A stretch of DNA of 57,375 nt from a virus (taxonomy: Duplodnaviria > Caudoviricetes): positions 1 through 57,375 of IMG/VR virus record IMGVR_UViG_3300033150_001333; one strand, written 5' to 3'. Position numbers and translations under genes: made by a program. Shown here one piece after another: positions 1 to 8,784 of this stretch. The notes beneath the pieces were generated by a model, which had not been told where the DNA came from, did no database searches, and saw only the letters and a list, made by a program, of their open reading frames with translations. How positions within the stretch are numbered: position 1 is the first letter of the stretch; each line of letters opens with the position of its first letter.

Positions 1-113
1 CTAACTCTTTTCTCTAATATCCAATCTAGTTGTCTCTCCGTAAAACATGCCTTTGCCGTGCTTAAATCAATAGGTGCATCAAGTTGTATTGATGGCTGTG
101 GGCAAATCATCAC

Positions 114-497
114 TCACCAGATATATTTACCTGCTATATCTACCAAAGCAAGAAACACATCATCCTTCACCTTTTCTCTTGGGTCTAATTTTTCATAGGG
201 AACAAGGTCTGGATGTATTTTCCTATCTGGGTCATAAACTTTGCCATACTTCCATCCCATTTCCTTATACTTTCTCATCCAAGAGTCATGAGCAGTTTTG
301 GGGTCAGAAAATGCCCGTTTCCCTGTAATTAAATCATCAACAAGCTCAATAAATTGTGATTTAAACTCACCTTCTCGTTCATTCCAAGGTTTAGGGATTA
401 CTGGGCAATTAAGCATCCTTGCATGTAGTCTTGCTCCTTCATAAACAAAGATTGCCCTACGAATTGCCTTACTCATTTCTAATGCATCTTTTTTCAT
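114..497 (-). CDS. RyR (ryanodine receptor repeat) domain protein
   Basis: HDSWMRKYKEMGWKYGKVYDPDRKIHPDLVPYEKLDPREKVKD fits the RyR pattern H..W....GW.YG...D...K.HP.LVPY..L...EK..D. Confidence 0.85.
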   Translation of the reverse strand: MKKDALEMSKAIRRAIFVYEGARLHARMLNCPVIPKPWNEREGEFKSQFIELVDDLITGKRAFSDPKTAHDSWMRKYKEMGWKYGKVYDPDRKIHPDLVPYEKLDPREKVKDDVFLALVDIAGKYIW

Positions 498-545
498 TTG
501 TTCCTCCTTATACTCGTTGTCTTAATTGCTTAACTTTTCTTGCAT

Positions 546-806
546 TCATTTTTTGTCCTCTCCAATTTTGTATTTTGGCTCAGTAATTTCCAACCCTCTT
601 TCAAGGCTAACTTCTATCCATGCCCTCTTTGCTTCTTGCAATCTTTTTAGAGCTTCTTCTCTAGTCTTGCCCTCAGCTCCACAACCAGGTAATTCAGGTA
701 TTTCTGCACCAAAATATTTCTCGCCATTGTATTCAGTGTATTTGAATATTCTGATAGTATAAGGCAAATTTAAATAATATTTTAAATCTTTCTTTAAAAC
801 TCCCAT
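546..806 (-). CDS. hicB: HicB-like antitoxin, N-terminal domain only
   Basis: AEIPELPGCGAEGKTREEALKRLQEAKRAWIEVSLERGLEITEP is the HicB signature; no C-terminal DNA-binding domain. Confidence 0.85.
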   Translation of the reverse strand: MGVLKKDLKYYLNLPYTIRIFKYTEYNGEKYFGAEIPELPGCGAEGKTREEALKRLQEAKRAWIEVSLERGLEITEPKYKIGEDKK

Positions 807-1225
807 ACCACATATTCTCCTTTATAAAACTTCCTTCTAATTATTTTTCCAATCAAATGTAAACTATCACATCCCAGCATAAAAATATCCACATGCCCAT
901 CTTCTCTTTTAACCCATATTTGCACCATGTCCTCTTTGCCCCAAGGCACTGTTTGCAAGGCTTTCTTTTTTTCTCCTAGACCTGTATGTAGTGTAGCTTG
1001 TATCCATAAAGTAGGCTTATTCTCTTTTTTAGCAATTAAATCCACACAACCAAATACATCGTTTCGTTGGCTAATATAGATTTGTTTCTTTTTACCAAAC
1101 TTATCTTTTGTAACAATCATCCGTCCCACAGGTTTCTGGTTATGAATAATCCACCCTAATTCCTCAAGCCATTTTTTAATCCAGTCTTGAAAGGCTAGTC
1201 CTTTTTTTCTGCGAGTGTCTTTCAT
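794..1225 (-). CDS. PD-(D/E)xK nuclease, Hjc-like Holliday junction resolvase
   Basis: RRKKGLAFQ...LEELGW...DVFGCVDLIA...LWIQAT. Confidence 0.7.
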   Translation of the reverse strand: MKDTRRKKGLAFQDWIKKWLEELGWIIHNQKPVGRMIVTKDKFGKKKQIYISQRNDVFGCVDLIAKKENKPTLWIQATLHTGLGEKKKALQTVPWGKEDMVQIWVKREDGHVDIFMLGCDSLHLIGKIIRRKFYKGEYVVWEF

Positions 1226-1768
1226 TTATTTCTCCCTACACAATTTTTCTTTCAAAGCTTTATAATCTTCATCAGATACTTCAATTTCTATACCATCAAT
1301 AATTATTGTATGCTTTTTAGGAATGGGGCGGGCATACTCATAAAATACACAGTCAAAACTCTTACCTTCTCTAAATCTATTCTCATCAAGTGAGTGCACG
1401 CATACATAAGGACGACTACTTCCATCAGCATAAGCTACATAAATTCTTTTTTTCCATTCTCCATCAGGCTGAGTAATTTCAATACCAGACCGACTAACTT
1501 CAATAAGTTCTCCAAATTTAAAGGCGTAACCTTCAAACATTTCATCAATCCAACAGCACCGCCCATTGTCTTCTTCAATATGATAATAGTCGTCCCTGAC
1601 TTCTCTTATAGTTACAACTTGTCCGCAAAATTTCCTGTTCGTCTTGAGAAATAGGAATGATTTCCCAAGAAAGCTAATGTTATCACATACCAATTTATTT
1701 CCTCTTAACATTGCTTTCCACTGACGAACCCTTACTCTATTTCCTACTTTATAACGCATTCTATTCAT
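1226..1768 (-). CDS. Hypothetical phage protein with SH3/KOW-like N-terminus
   Basis: YKVGNRVRVR start; translationally coupled to neighbours. Confidence 0.6.
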   Translation of the reverse strand: MNRMRYKVGNRVRVRQWKAMLRGNKLVCDNISFLGKSFLFLKTNRKFCGQVVTIREVRDDYYHIEEDNGRCCWIDEMFEGYAFKFGELIEVSRSGIEITQPDGEWKKRIYVAYADGSSRPYVCVHSLDENRFREGKSFDCVFYEYARPIPKKHTIIIDGIEIEVSDEDYKALKEKLCREK

Positions 1769-2696
1769 CCTCCTTCTCTCTTAATATTTCTTTTAATTGT
1801 CCTCTATGATGACAATCCTCTAAATGAACTAAACGACCATTCTCTTCAAACTGCAAGTAAATTTCTTTACCCTCTGTATAATATTCGCTCTGCCTAACCT
1901 TTGTAAATTGCAGGATAGGATATTCTTTCCGTTTATCTTCGCCGTCATACAGAATTTCAAAACCATAGGCAGGCCGCTGCAATGAGCTTTCCCTGCCATA
2001 AGGTTTTAACTTCCCATATTCTTCTTTGGCCTGCCAGAATAAAAAGATTAAACTTCTATGTCCTTCCTGTAACTTACGAATAAACTTATTTACTCTATCA
2101 TACCTGCCAGTTAAATCTGCCCAGTCCCAAATGATTATGCTGTTTTTACTTATTGCTAAAGGTTTCATGAAAGGGTCTGTAATGGGAATAAATCTAACTT
2201 TTCCTTGTTCTTCCCATTCAATCATTTGTTCTACATCAACCAGTTTAGCAAATCTGTAAGCGATATTTTCCTTACATTCAGAATAATAGTAATGGACGGT
2301 CAATCCTCTTTGTAAATAAAAAAGAGCTATGTTAATAGCAAAGTAACTCTTTCCCTGTCCATAACTCGCATAAATCAAAATGATGTCTGAAGGAAACAAT
2401 AAACATTTATATCTAATGCCAAACGGTAAGGGTATCTTAAGCTCTGGCTTTAACATATCTTGGAAAGAAGTGGGCGTGGTATGCTTGATGATGCGGTAAT
2501 CTCTTGAATTGACTTTCTCTACCTTGCCAAATTCAACAGCCTTGTTCAATATTTTATATGCCGTTGAATATTGACTGCTGTTTAGTCCTAAAGTTTGCAT
2601 CATCTCTTTTATAGTAAAAACAAATTCACCGTCATAGTCTTGGAAACTGTCTAAATACTCCAAGACCAACTTTAAAACAGAACCTTTCTGCGTCAT
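1761..2696 (-). CDS. Winged-helix plus RecA-fold ATPase, probable DnaB/RepA-like helicase
   Basis: N-terminal wHTH-like segment; Walker A IILIYASYGQGKS, Walker B IIIWDW, C-terminal Q...YGRESSLQR...KVR resembling SF4 helicase motifs. Confidence 0.65.
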   Translation of the reverse strand: MTQKGSVLKLVLEYLDSFQDYDGEFVFTIKEMMQTLGLNSSQYSTAYKILNKAVEFGKVEKVNSRDYRIIKHTTPTSFQDMLKPELKIPLPFGIRYKCLLFPSDIILIYASYGQGKSYFAINIALFYLQRGLTVHYYYSECKENIAYRFAKLVDVEQMIEWEEQGKVRFIPITDPFMKPLAISKNSIIIWDWADLTGRYDRVNKFIRKLQEGHRSLIFLFWQAKEEYGKLKPYGRESSLQRPAYGFEILYDGEDKRKEYPILQFTKVRQSEYYTEGKEIYLQFEENGRLVHLEDCHHRGQLKEILREKEDE

Positions 2697-2719
2697 TCAG
2701 CTCAAGTCCAGATGCCACT

Positions 2720-2872
2720 TTAGTCTTTGATTTTAAAATATTGCTTCAATGCCTGCCTTATTATATAGCTCCGATTGACATCTTTTTTCTCGCATTCTTT
2801 ATCAATCCTTACCAAATAATCAAGAGGTAAAGAAACAGTTACCGTGGTATTTCTTCCTCGTTGCATTTTCAT
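2720..2872 (-). CDS. Ribbon-helix-helix (CopG/Arc-like) regulator, 50 aa, not in ORF track
   Basis: MKMQRGRNTTVTVSLPLDYLVRIDKECEKKDVNRSYIIRQALKQYFKIKD; ATG overlaps upstream TGA (ATGA), GGAGG upstream. Confidence 0.8.
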   Translation of the reverse strand: MKMQRGRNTTVTVSLPLDYLVRIDKECEKKDVNRSYIIRQALKQYFKIKD

Positions 2873-3510
2873 TTTGTTTTGTCCTCCTTATCAATTTTAA
2901 TATATTCTTTTAAAGCCTGTCTTGTTAATTGTTCAATTAACATTCTTCCAACTGGCATTCTGATAGGATGTGGTATCACAAAAGTTTCTTGATATATATC
3001 AAGGGCTACAGTAAGAGCCTGTCTTAATTCAAAAGGAGTAAGTGAACAATCCAAAATAAGATTTAACATAAAATCAACCACTTCTTTAAATTCATCATCA
3101 TAAAGATACCTTTCTCTTGGATTATCCTTTCTAATTGCATTTCTTTCATTATTAAATTGTTTTATACAAAATGAGCTAAAATTATATGTATGTCTTATAT
3201 CTTCTAATTGCTTTTCATCCAATACCATCAAATACTTTTCTGTATCTATATCAAACATCATACTTTTCAATGTTTCGCCTGCAACTTCCAATGCTCCAAA
3301 TCCATTTTCTTCTATTTCTTGAGCGATTAATTTCATAATCTCACGCAGTATTCTCACTCTTGACCTACGCTTTATTTCTTCTTCAAATTGTGCATACTCA
3401 TATTTATTAAATGTTTCTATTATTTTAAGAGCAAATATTCTTTCAATACTAACACCAAAACTTTCATTTCTAATTCTTAAATCCAAATAATCATCTATTT
3501 TCTTACTCAT
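2869..3510 (-). CDS. Hypothetical protein sharing a domain with 44676..44927
   Basis: 213-aa ORF in operon; MKLIAQEI...GF...YLMVLDEKQL. Confidence 0.65.
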   Translation of the reverse strand: MSKKIDDYLDLRIRNESFGVSIERIFALKIIETFNKYEYAQFEEEIKRRSRVRILREIMKLIAQEIEENGFGALEVAGETLKSMMFDIDTEKYLMVLDEKQLEDIRHTYNFSSFCIKQFNNERNAIRKDNPRERYLYDDEFKEVVDFMLNLILDCSLTPFELRQALTVALDIYQETFVIPHPIRMPVGRMLIEQLTRQALKEYIKIDKEDKTK

Positions 3511-3576
3511 AAGCTTTCCTTTATTAAAATAAGTTTTTCTTTTATTTCAAGTTTGCTTAATAAATTGAAATAATGT

Positions 3577-3766
3577 TTATTCTTCATTTCCTCCTTTAAT
3601 CTTCTTTAATTCCATTGGGTGCAAATAAAAAATGTTATCACCTATCTTTACTTTAATTTTGACTATTGTGTTGAAAAAGGAAATACCTCCAATTACTTTC
3701 GCCGTCTTCCCTATATGGGCAGGGCAAAACTTCAACAATGTCTCCTATTTCAAAAGGGTGTTCCAT
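3577..3766 (-). pseudogene. Frameshifted SH3/KOW-like small protein
   Basis: Removing 1 nt at tgccctgccc (about 3716-3725) restores MEHPFEIGDIVEVLPAHIGKTAKVIGG...FYLHPMELKKI, similar to 53778..53969. Confidence 0.55.
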
Positions 3767-3769
3767 TTT

Positions 3770-4186
3770 TTAAAGCCCTTCAAAACTACTTGGTATGTCA
3801 TTCTCTGTTACAATTGGATTTATGGTCTTTTCTGGCAAAGATTTAACCCACTTTATAAATTTTTTTCTTAAAGTATTAGGTATCCCAAACCAATTATCCT
3901 TATCACTCCACCCGTAAGTTGCTATTCCAAAAAGTTTTTTACTAGTGTTTGGGTCATCAACAATTACAAATATAGCATCGTAAGACAATTTAAAGCGTTC
4001 TATATATAAATAAAAAGAGTTACCTTCTAATTCTCCATTATAAACAGAAATTGTTTTGCCTTCAATTCTCAAATAAATCCGATTTTTATATAATTCTATT
4101 AATGTGCCATCTAAGCATTTGATAATCGGCACGGTATTCTTCCCATTTTCATCCCATGCCATATAGTCCCAATTAAAAGAAGACAT
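3770..4186 (-). CDS. Hypothetical protein
   Basis: 138-aa ORF with GGAGG SD. Confidence 0.7.
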   Translation of the reverse strand: MSSFNWDYMAWDENGKNTVPIIKCLDGTLIELYKNRIYLRIEGKTISVYNGELEGNSFYLYIERFKLSYDAIFVIVDDPNTSKKLFGIATYGWSDKDNWFGIPNTLRKKFIKWVKSLPEKTINPIVTENDIPSSFEGL

Positions 4187-4410
4187 TTTATCCTCCTTAA
4201 TACAATAATTTAATTTCGTGAAAAAGTTTGAATTTGCTAACTTCTCTATAATCCATTAAAAACTTAACCAATTTTACCTCGTTATTCAAACTTTGAATTT
4301 CACCACTTTAGCTAAATATCCAATATATCATTCTTAAAAGCACCTTTTAAAATTTTGCTCAAAATGTATGAGGGTAATAGTAATAAATAATAAATATATA
4401 TAATAACTTA

Positions 4411-4593
4411 CTATGTTTCATCCTTTTCAAGCTCGTCAATAATTCTTTTAATATCAAGTAATGTATCTGCACAAATATTTACTACTCCATTACCTTGGTA
4501 TGTAGCTGTATAAGTTGCACTACTTGCTGTTAATTCTCTATTGTCTTCTAGATAGATATGATAGCCTTTATAAACTTCTATAAAGGTTTTCAT
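4411..4593 (-). CDS. Hypothetical protein, paralog of 10451..10660
   Basis: FIEVYKGYHIYLEDN vs FIEKYRNYAIYLEGN. Confidence 0.7.
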   Translation of the reverse strand: MKTFIEVYKGYHIYLEDNRELTASSATYTATYQGNGVVNICADTLLDIKRIIDELEKDET

Positions 4594-4934
4594 TTAAAAG
4601 CTCCTTTATATTTGCTTTCAATTAGTAATATTTCCTCATAAGTTTCTATTGCAACCTTAAAATAATCTTCTATCTTTTGAATGTTCTCATATCTCGTTTT
4701 AAAATTACTTATTATTCTTGTAAGGTCTTCAGAGCTAAATGGTGTTGACTTTGGACTATGTTTAAGTTCTATTTTAATAAGACCAAGAGAAGTTGGAATT
4801 ATTTGTGTTTTAATTCTCATCTCCCATATTTTATCTTGCATTTCTTCAACAAATATATCTACATTGGCTTTTATCCATTGTTCTTTTGCATTATAATTAC
4901 CTACACTATCAATCAAGTCCTTTGTTATTTTCAT
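4590..4934 (-). CDS. Hypothetical protein
   Basis: GGAGG SD, ATGA coupling to next gene. Confidence 0.7.
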   Translation of the reverse strand: MKITKDLIDSVGNYNAKEQWIKANVDIFVEEMQDKIWEMRIKTQIIPTSLGLIKIELKHSPKSTPFSSEDLTRIISNFKTRYENIQKIEDYFKVAIETYEEILLIESKYKGAFK

Positions 4935-4960
4935 TTATTAAACTCCTCCATATTTTGTTT

Positions 4961-5037
4961 CTGAGCGAGGTTTAATGGCTTAGACAATGTTTTTATATGT
5001 CTTTTGGGTTGAAACTAGCTCAGCGGTTAAATATGTG
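4961..5037 (-). repeat. Imperfect palindromic intergenic element, copy 1 (copy 2 at 47106-47190)
   Basis: CTGAGC/GCTCAG, GTTT/AAAC and AGACA/TGTCT arms; CACATATTTA-rCCkCTGAG shared with copy 2. Confidence 0.6.
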
Positions 5038-5117
5038 CGTCTGAGAGCGGATGAGATGTTGTTTAGATACCCGATTTTAAATTGGCTTTTCATTATCTTA
5101 ATGATAAAACAAGTAAT

Positions 5118-5663
5118 TTATTTTGTCAAGGGTCTAATTTTTTTAAGTATAATTTTTTTCCCTTCCTGTGTTGTCCTGATGCCTGTGATAAAGTAATTAA
5201 CCTTTCTTAACTGTTTCCACCATTTCGTTGCTATTTCACTGTCTGCCATGGTTATTGAATGAACCTTATTGCTGTCATAGGCACTTATCACTCGCAATAG
5301 TGCATTATATTCCATATCATTAGGGTTAGGTAGTTTGCAATTTTTTACTTTAAATCTATTATAAGGGTTTGGCTGAGGTTCTTCTGGATGTTTGTGGTGA
5401 TATTTAATTCTAATTTTATTTATGACTTGTTGTGAGGATAATATACCTTTTTTTAACTTATCATATAAAAACAAACAGAAAGCTGCAAAACAATTTTTCT
5501 TGGCTCTAAGCTTGCAAAGGTTTTCCACTGCCTCAATGAATTGCAGGTCTGTATAATCATCACTAATAGTAATCAACCTTATCATTTCTTTCTCATGAAC
5601 CACTACATCATTTTTTTTGGCAATATCCTTAAAAATTTCAAGCCTGCTGTCTGAGTTAGTCAT
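5118..5663 (-). CDS. Hypothetical protein
   Basis: 181-aa ORF with GGAGG SD in the replication operon. Confidence 0.7.
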   Translation of the reverse strand: MTNSDSRLEIFKDIAKKNDVVVHEKEMIRLITISDDYTDLQFIEAVENLCKLRAKKNCFAAFCLFLYDKLKKGILSSQQVINKIRIKYHHKHPEEPQPNPYNRFKVKNCKLPNPNDMEYNALLRVISAYDSNKVHSITMADSEIATKWWKQLRKVNYFITGIRTTQEGKKIILKKIRPLTK

Positions 5664-5666
5664 TAT

Positions 5667-6095
5667 TCAGCCTCCTTGGTTGAAGGTTATGTATCCATTT
5701 TCTCTTAACCAAATTGCCATTTTGGCTCGTGCATTAGCTTCAATTTTTTCTATAGCATACCATTCTGTAATATTTAATCTATCATAGTAATAATCGAAAC
5801 CATCTTCATTTTTTTCTATTCTTAAAAATCCCAGTTCTGGCAAATAAAATGGCAACCATTCACCCAATTCTGAGTTAGTAGGAGCTTTAATTACTTCTCT
5901 ATAACTAGGGTTGCAATTTCTTAGCATCTGCCAAAACTTTTTGTCCCGTTCTCTTTCAAGCAGCAATTGGACTCTATCCCCATCTTTATCATGATAAACT
6001 ACCCAAAACCAGCCTGGCTCTTTTTGAGGAAACCCTAATTCTTTTAGCCTCCTACTTAATTCCAAACTAGTTACTTCTTTTTCTGCCCAATGCAT
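5667..6095 (-). CDS. Hypothetical phage protein
   Basis: TSLELSRRLKELGFPQ...APTNSELGEWLP; SD present. Confidence 0.75.
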   Translation of the reverse strand: MHWAEKEVTSLELSRRLKELGFPQKEPGWFWVVYHDKDGDRVQLLLERERDKKFWQMLRNCNPSYREVIKAPTNSELGEWLPFYLPELGFLRIEKNEDGFDYYYDRLNITEWYAIEKIEANARAKMAIWLRENGYITFNQGG

Positions 6096-6096
6096 T

Positions 6097-6372
6097 TTAT
6101 CCCTCCTTATTAGGGTATAAATTATTCATAAGATTTAATCCGGGATATGTTTCAAGTTCTTTATATGTAGGTTCTTTTCCTTCCGCAATTCTGTTCATGA
6201 TTGCATATATTTCATCATATTTTCGGCGTGCTTCTGCTGTTTGCTTCCTTAATGTTTCATATTTTTTGATATTCCGTTCTTTTAACAACTCAGCTCTTAA
6301 TTTTTGCCAAGCTTCTCGGTATTTTTGCATAATAGTATGTGCTTGTTTAAAACTTATTTCATTTTCTTTCAT
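6097..6372 (-). CDS. Hypothetical coiled-coil protein
   Basis: 91-aa ORF with GGAGG SD. Confidence 0.65.
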   Translation of the reverse strand: MKENEISFKQAHTIMQKYREAWQKLRAELLKERNIKKYETLRKQTAEARRKYDEIYAIMNRIAEGKEPTYKELETYPGLNLMNNLYPNKEG

Positions 6373-6420
6373 ATTTGCCTCCTTTATTCAAAAAAATTTC
6401 AAGTCTGCTGTCTGGATTGG

Positions 6421-6708
6421 TTATTGTTTATCCTCCTTATCCTTCATTTGTTTTCTACATTCCAAATAAGATTGGCAAAAGAGTTCTAAAGTAAATTTAT
6501 CTTGCTCGCTTAAAAAATCTACTTGTGCCAAATCCCGCCCAAATTTTTGGTAGCTTAATTGAGTAAAACTATTATCAAGATGTCTTCTACTATTTAAATT
6601 GCTAGTAATAGAAAATATTGGTCTCCCATTTCCATCCCTGTGAAACTGTAAGGACAAAAGTGCATCGGTATGTGCTTTGTGTTTGTATTTATATTTTGGC
6701 CATTTCAT
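6421..6708 (-). CDS. Hypothetical protein
   Basis: TAATG coupling to upstream gene. Confidence 0.55.
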   Translation of the reverse strand: MKWPKYKYKHKAHTDALLSLQFHRDGNGRPIFSITSNLNSRRHLDNSFTQLSYQKFGRDLAQVDFLSEQDKFTLELFCQSYLECRKQMKDKEDKQ

Positions 6709-6911
6709 TATTTACTCCTTTCATTATAAATTGAATATATTGTTTCAGGTGGGGTTGCAGTTGAATTTTGGCGTCCCATTAATGGACGAATAAGAATTTC
6801 AAACAAAGGAGCAAGCAGGGGCATTTCCTTTTTTAATTCTATCCATGCAGTGCTCTGTAAATTTCCTGAAGAAGATATTAGTTTTGCTATCTCTCTTTTA
6901 ATTTCTTTCAT
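6708..6911 (-). CDS. Hypothetical protein
   Basis: Overlaps end of initiator gene; GGAG SD. Confidence 0.55.
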   Translation of the reverse strand: MKEIKREIAKLISSSGNLQSTAWIELKKEMPLLAPLFEILIRPLMGRQNSTATPPETIYSIYNERSK

Positions 6912-8166
6912 AATTGTCTCCTTTGCTTAAACTTAAATAAGCCCTTCGGAGAAGCTTTAAATCTTGGATATATTCTGGGCAGTAGTTGTTGTTTTTTAAG
7001 GCTTCATTGTAACTAGCTTCGTTTGTAATATCTTTATAAACCTCGTGATGAAGCCATCTTAAAGCAGCTTCAAAAGCTATTTTGTAATCCATTTTGTCTC
7101 TTTCTTCTTCAGTAGTCGTCCAGACTTTTTCAGGTTTGGGATATTGAACGCCTGGCTTATCCTCCCACCGCCGTTGAGCAAGGAATGTGCTGGGATATAT
7201 AATATATTCTAGTTCCATATTAGGCCATTCATACTTTATGTAATTATCTAAGCCTTCCATTATTTGGTTAAATAAAGCTTCATCAGGATTTATTTTTAAC
7301 CACTCTGCTAAAGCTCCTACTTTGTTTACTTTTCTGGGATAGTTTAGCCAAAACTTCTCAAATAGAATTCGTTGCTTTTTAATATTTTGTAGTAGTAAAT
7401 TATCTGGTGGTTTATAGGGCGGAAAAGGTTGTTGTTTTTCTTTTCCACTGATGAATTCACTTTTCTTATTTGAATCTTTAGAGCTATATAGATTATTATT
7501 TATATATTTTTTATTATTTTCTTTAAAAGAGTTATTTAAAGAAGATTTTATATCTGTAGTATTCTTTGTAGTATTCTTTGTATTTGTCCTAACTTCAGGA
7601 GAAGGAGGTGGTAACTTTGAAGTAGGGGGGTGGTTACTTTGAAGTAAAGAGGTATTTACTTCGGAATTAGGAGGTGGTGATTCTGAAGTAGGAAGGTGGT
7701 TATCTTGAGGTAAAGAGGGGGTTTTTTTAGATTTGCGTTGGTCGTATGTAATTTTAAGGACATTGTCAATAATTGGTTCTATAAACATGACATTTGAAAG
7801 TTTTAAACCTTCGTTAGTTTCTATTGTTTTAAATTCTCTTTTAACAAGTTTTAATCTTATCAAATCATCAAAAGCTCTTTTAACCTGTATTTTTGTGAAA
7901 CCAAATAAATCCACATAAGACTGGTAATTCTTTTGTAATCTATCAGCTTTAAACTTTTGTCTATAACCAATTACTTCGCCTGTTTCTGGATTTCTTTCTT
8001 CAACTGGCCTATACCAAAAAACAATGTCCGCCAATAATGTTATAGCTACATGATTCACTGTTCCGTTTTGAGTTTTTATATATCTATACCAACTTAAGGG
8101 GACAGTATTACCAGAAAATTCAACGCCAATTAGTTTTTTACATTGTTCATTTATTTCATTTCTCAT
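6898..8166 (-). CDS. Phage replication initiator (lambda O/DnaD-type organisation)
   Basis: N-terminal wHTH-like domain (LLADIVFWYRP...KRAFDDLIRLKLVKRE), low-complexity linker carrying DNA iterons, C-terminal FEKFWLNYPRK...YPSTFLAQRRWED. Confidence 0.85.
   Translation of the reverse strand: MRNEINEQCKKLIGVEFSGNTVPLSWYRYIKTQNGTVNHVAITLLADIVFWYRPVEERNPETGEVIGYRQKFKADRLQKNYQSYVDLFGFTKIQVKRAFDDLIRLKLVKREFKTIETNEGLKLSNVMFIEPIIDNVLKITYDQRKSKKTPSLPQDNHLPTSESPPPNSEVNTSLLQSNHPPTSKLPPPSPEVRTNTKNTTKNTTDIKSSLNNSFKENNKKYINNNLYSSKDSNKKSEFISGKEKQQPFPPYKPPDNLLLQNIKKQRILFEKFWLNYPRKVNKVGALAEWLKINPDEALFNQIMEGLDNYIKYEWPNMELEYIIYPSTFLAQRRWEDKPGVQYPKPEKVWTTTEEERDKMDYKIAFEAALRWLHHEVYKDITNEASYNEALKNNNYCPEYIQDLKLLRRAYLSLSKGDNYERN
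7480..7722. promoter_or_regulatory. Putative replication origin: six tandem 22-bp iterons (7591-7722) next to an AT-rich tract
   Basis: aacttcaggagaaggaggtggt / aactttgaagtaggggggtggt / tactttgaagtaaagaggtatt / tacttcggaattaggaggtggt / gattctgaagtaggaaggtggt / tatcttgaggtaaagagggggt; period is not a multiple of 3, so it is a DNA-level repeat. Confidence 0.8.
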
Positions 8167-8770
8167 TTAACTCCTCCTGAAATATATTATGGAATTTTTT
8201 ATGGCAATTATCACATAGCACTATTAAATCTTCTTTTCATGTTAAATATTCTCTTCCTCTATTTTCATAGGTTTTATGGTGAACATTTAAATTTTGGTTT
8301 GAACCACATAATGAGCAAGTAGGGTTTTTCCATTTGACATATCTAGATACAACTCGCCAATAAAGGGTCTGGAGAAAATCTTTATAATTCATACTAGATA
8401 GGATTTCTATATCCTCTTTAGTTATTAAATCAAATAATAAATAAAAATCACAAGCTGGAGTATTTTTGCCTGTCCCAAAATTTGCTAGTTTTCTCTGTTG
8501 TCTTTCTTTTTCTCTTTTCTGGCGTTCTAATTCGGCTTTTTCTTCTCTTTCTTTGCGTTTTTCGTATCGTATTCTTTTACATTCAGGGCAAATTGCATTT
8601 TTGAAATCCCATTTATTATTTACAATTATAGTTTTCCCACAAATTGAACAAGCGATTTTATATTGTCTTAGTTTTAAAAATTCTCTTACTTTATTAAAAA
8701 CTTCTGTTTGATTTACTTCAATAGGCACTAATAAACAGGCTTCTTTTAATGCCTCTTCCCATTTCTCCAT
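8156..8770 (-). pseudogene. Zn-ribbon plus HNH endonuclease interrupted by in-frame TGA at 8237-8239
   Basis: CSLCGSNQNLNVHHKTYENRGREYLT*KEDLIVLCDNCHKKFH: the HNH motif continues in frame past the stop to a TGA overlapping the initiator start. Confidence 0.8.
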
Positions 8771-8784
8771 TTTAATTCCCTAAA

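Noticed and set aside
7591-7722. CRISPR mini-array
   Set aside because: Degenerate tandem units with no spacers, inside the initiator gene; better explained as iterons. The 17-bp boxes at 18045 also lack spacers
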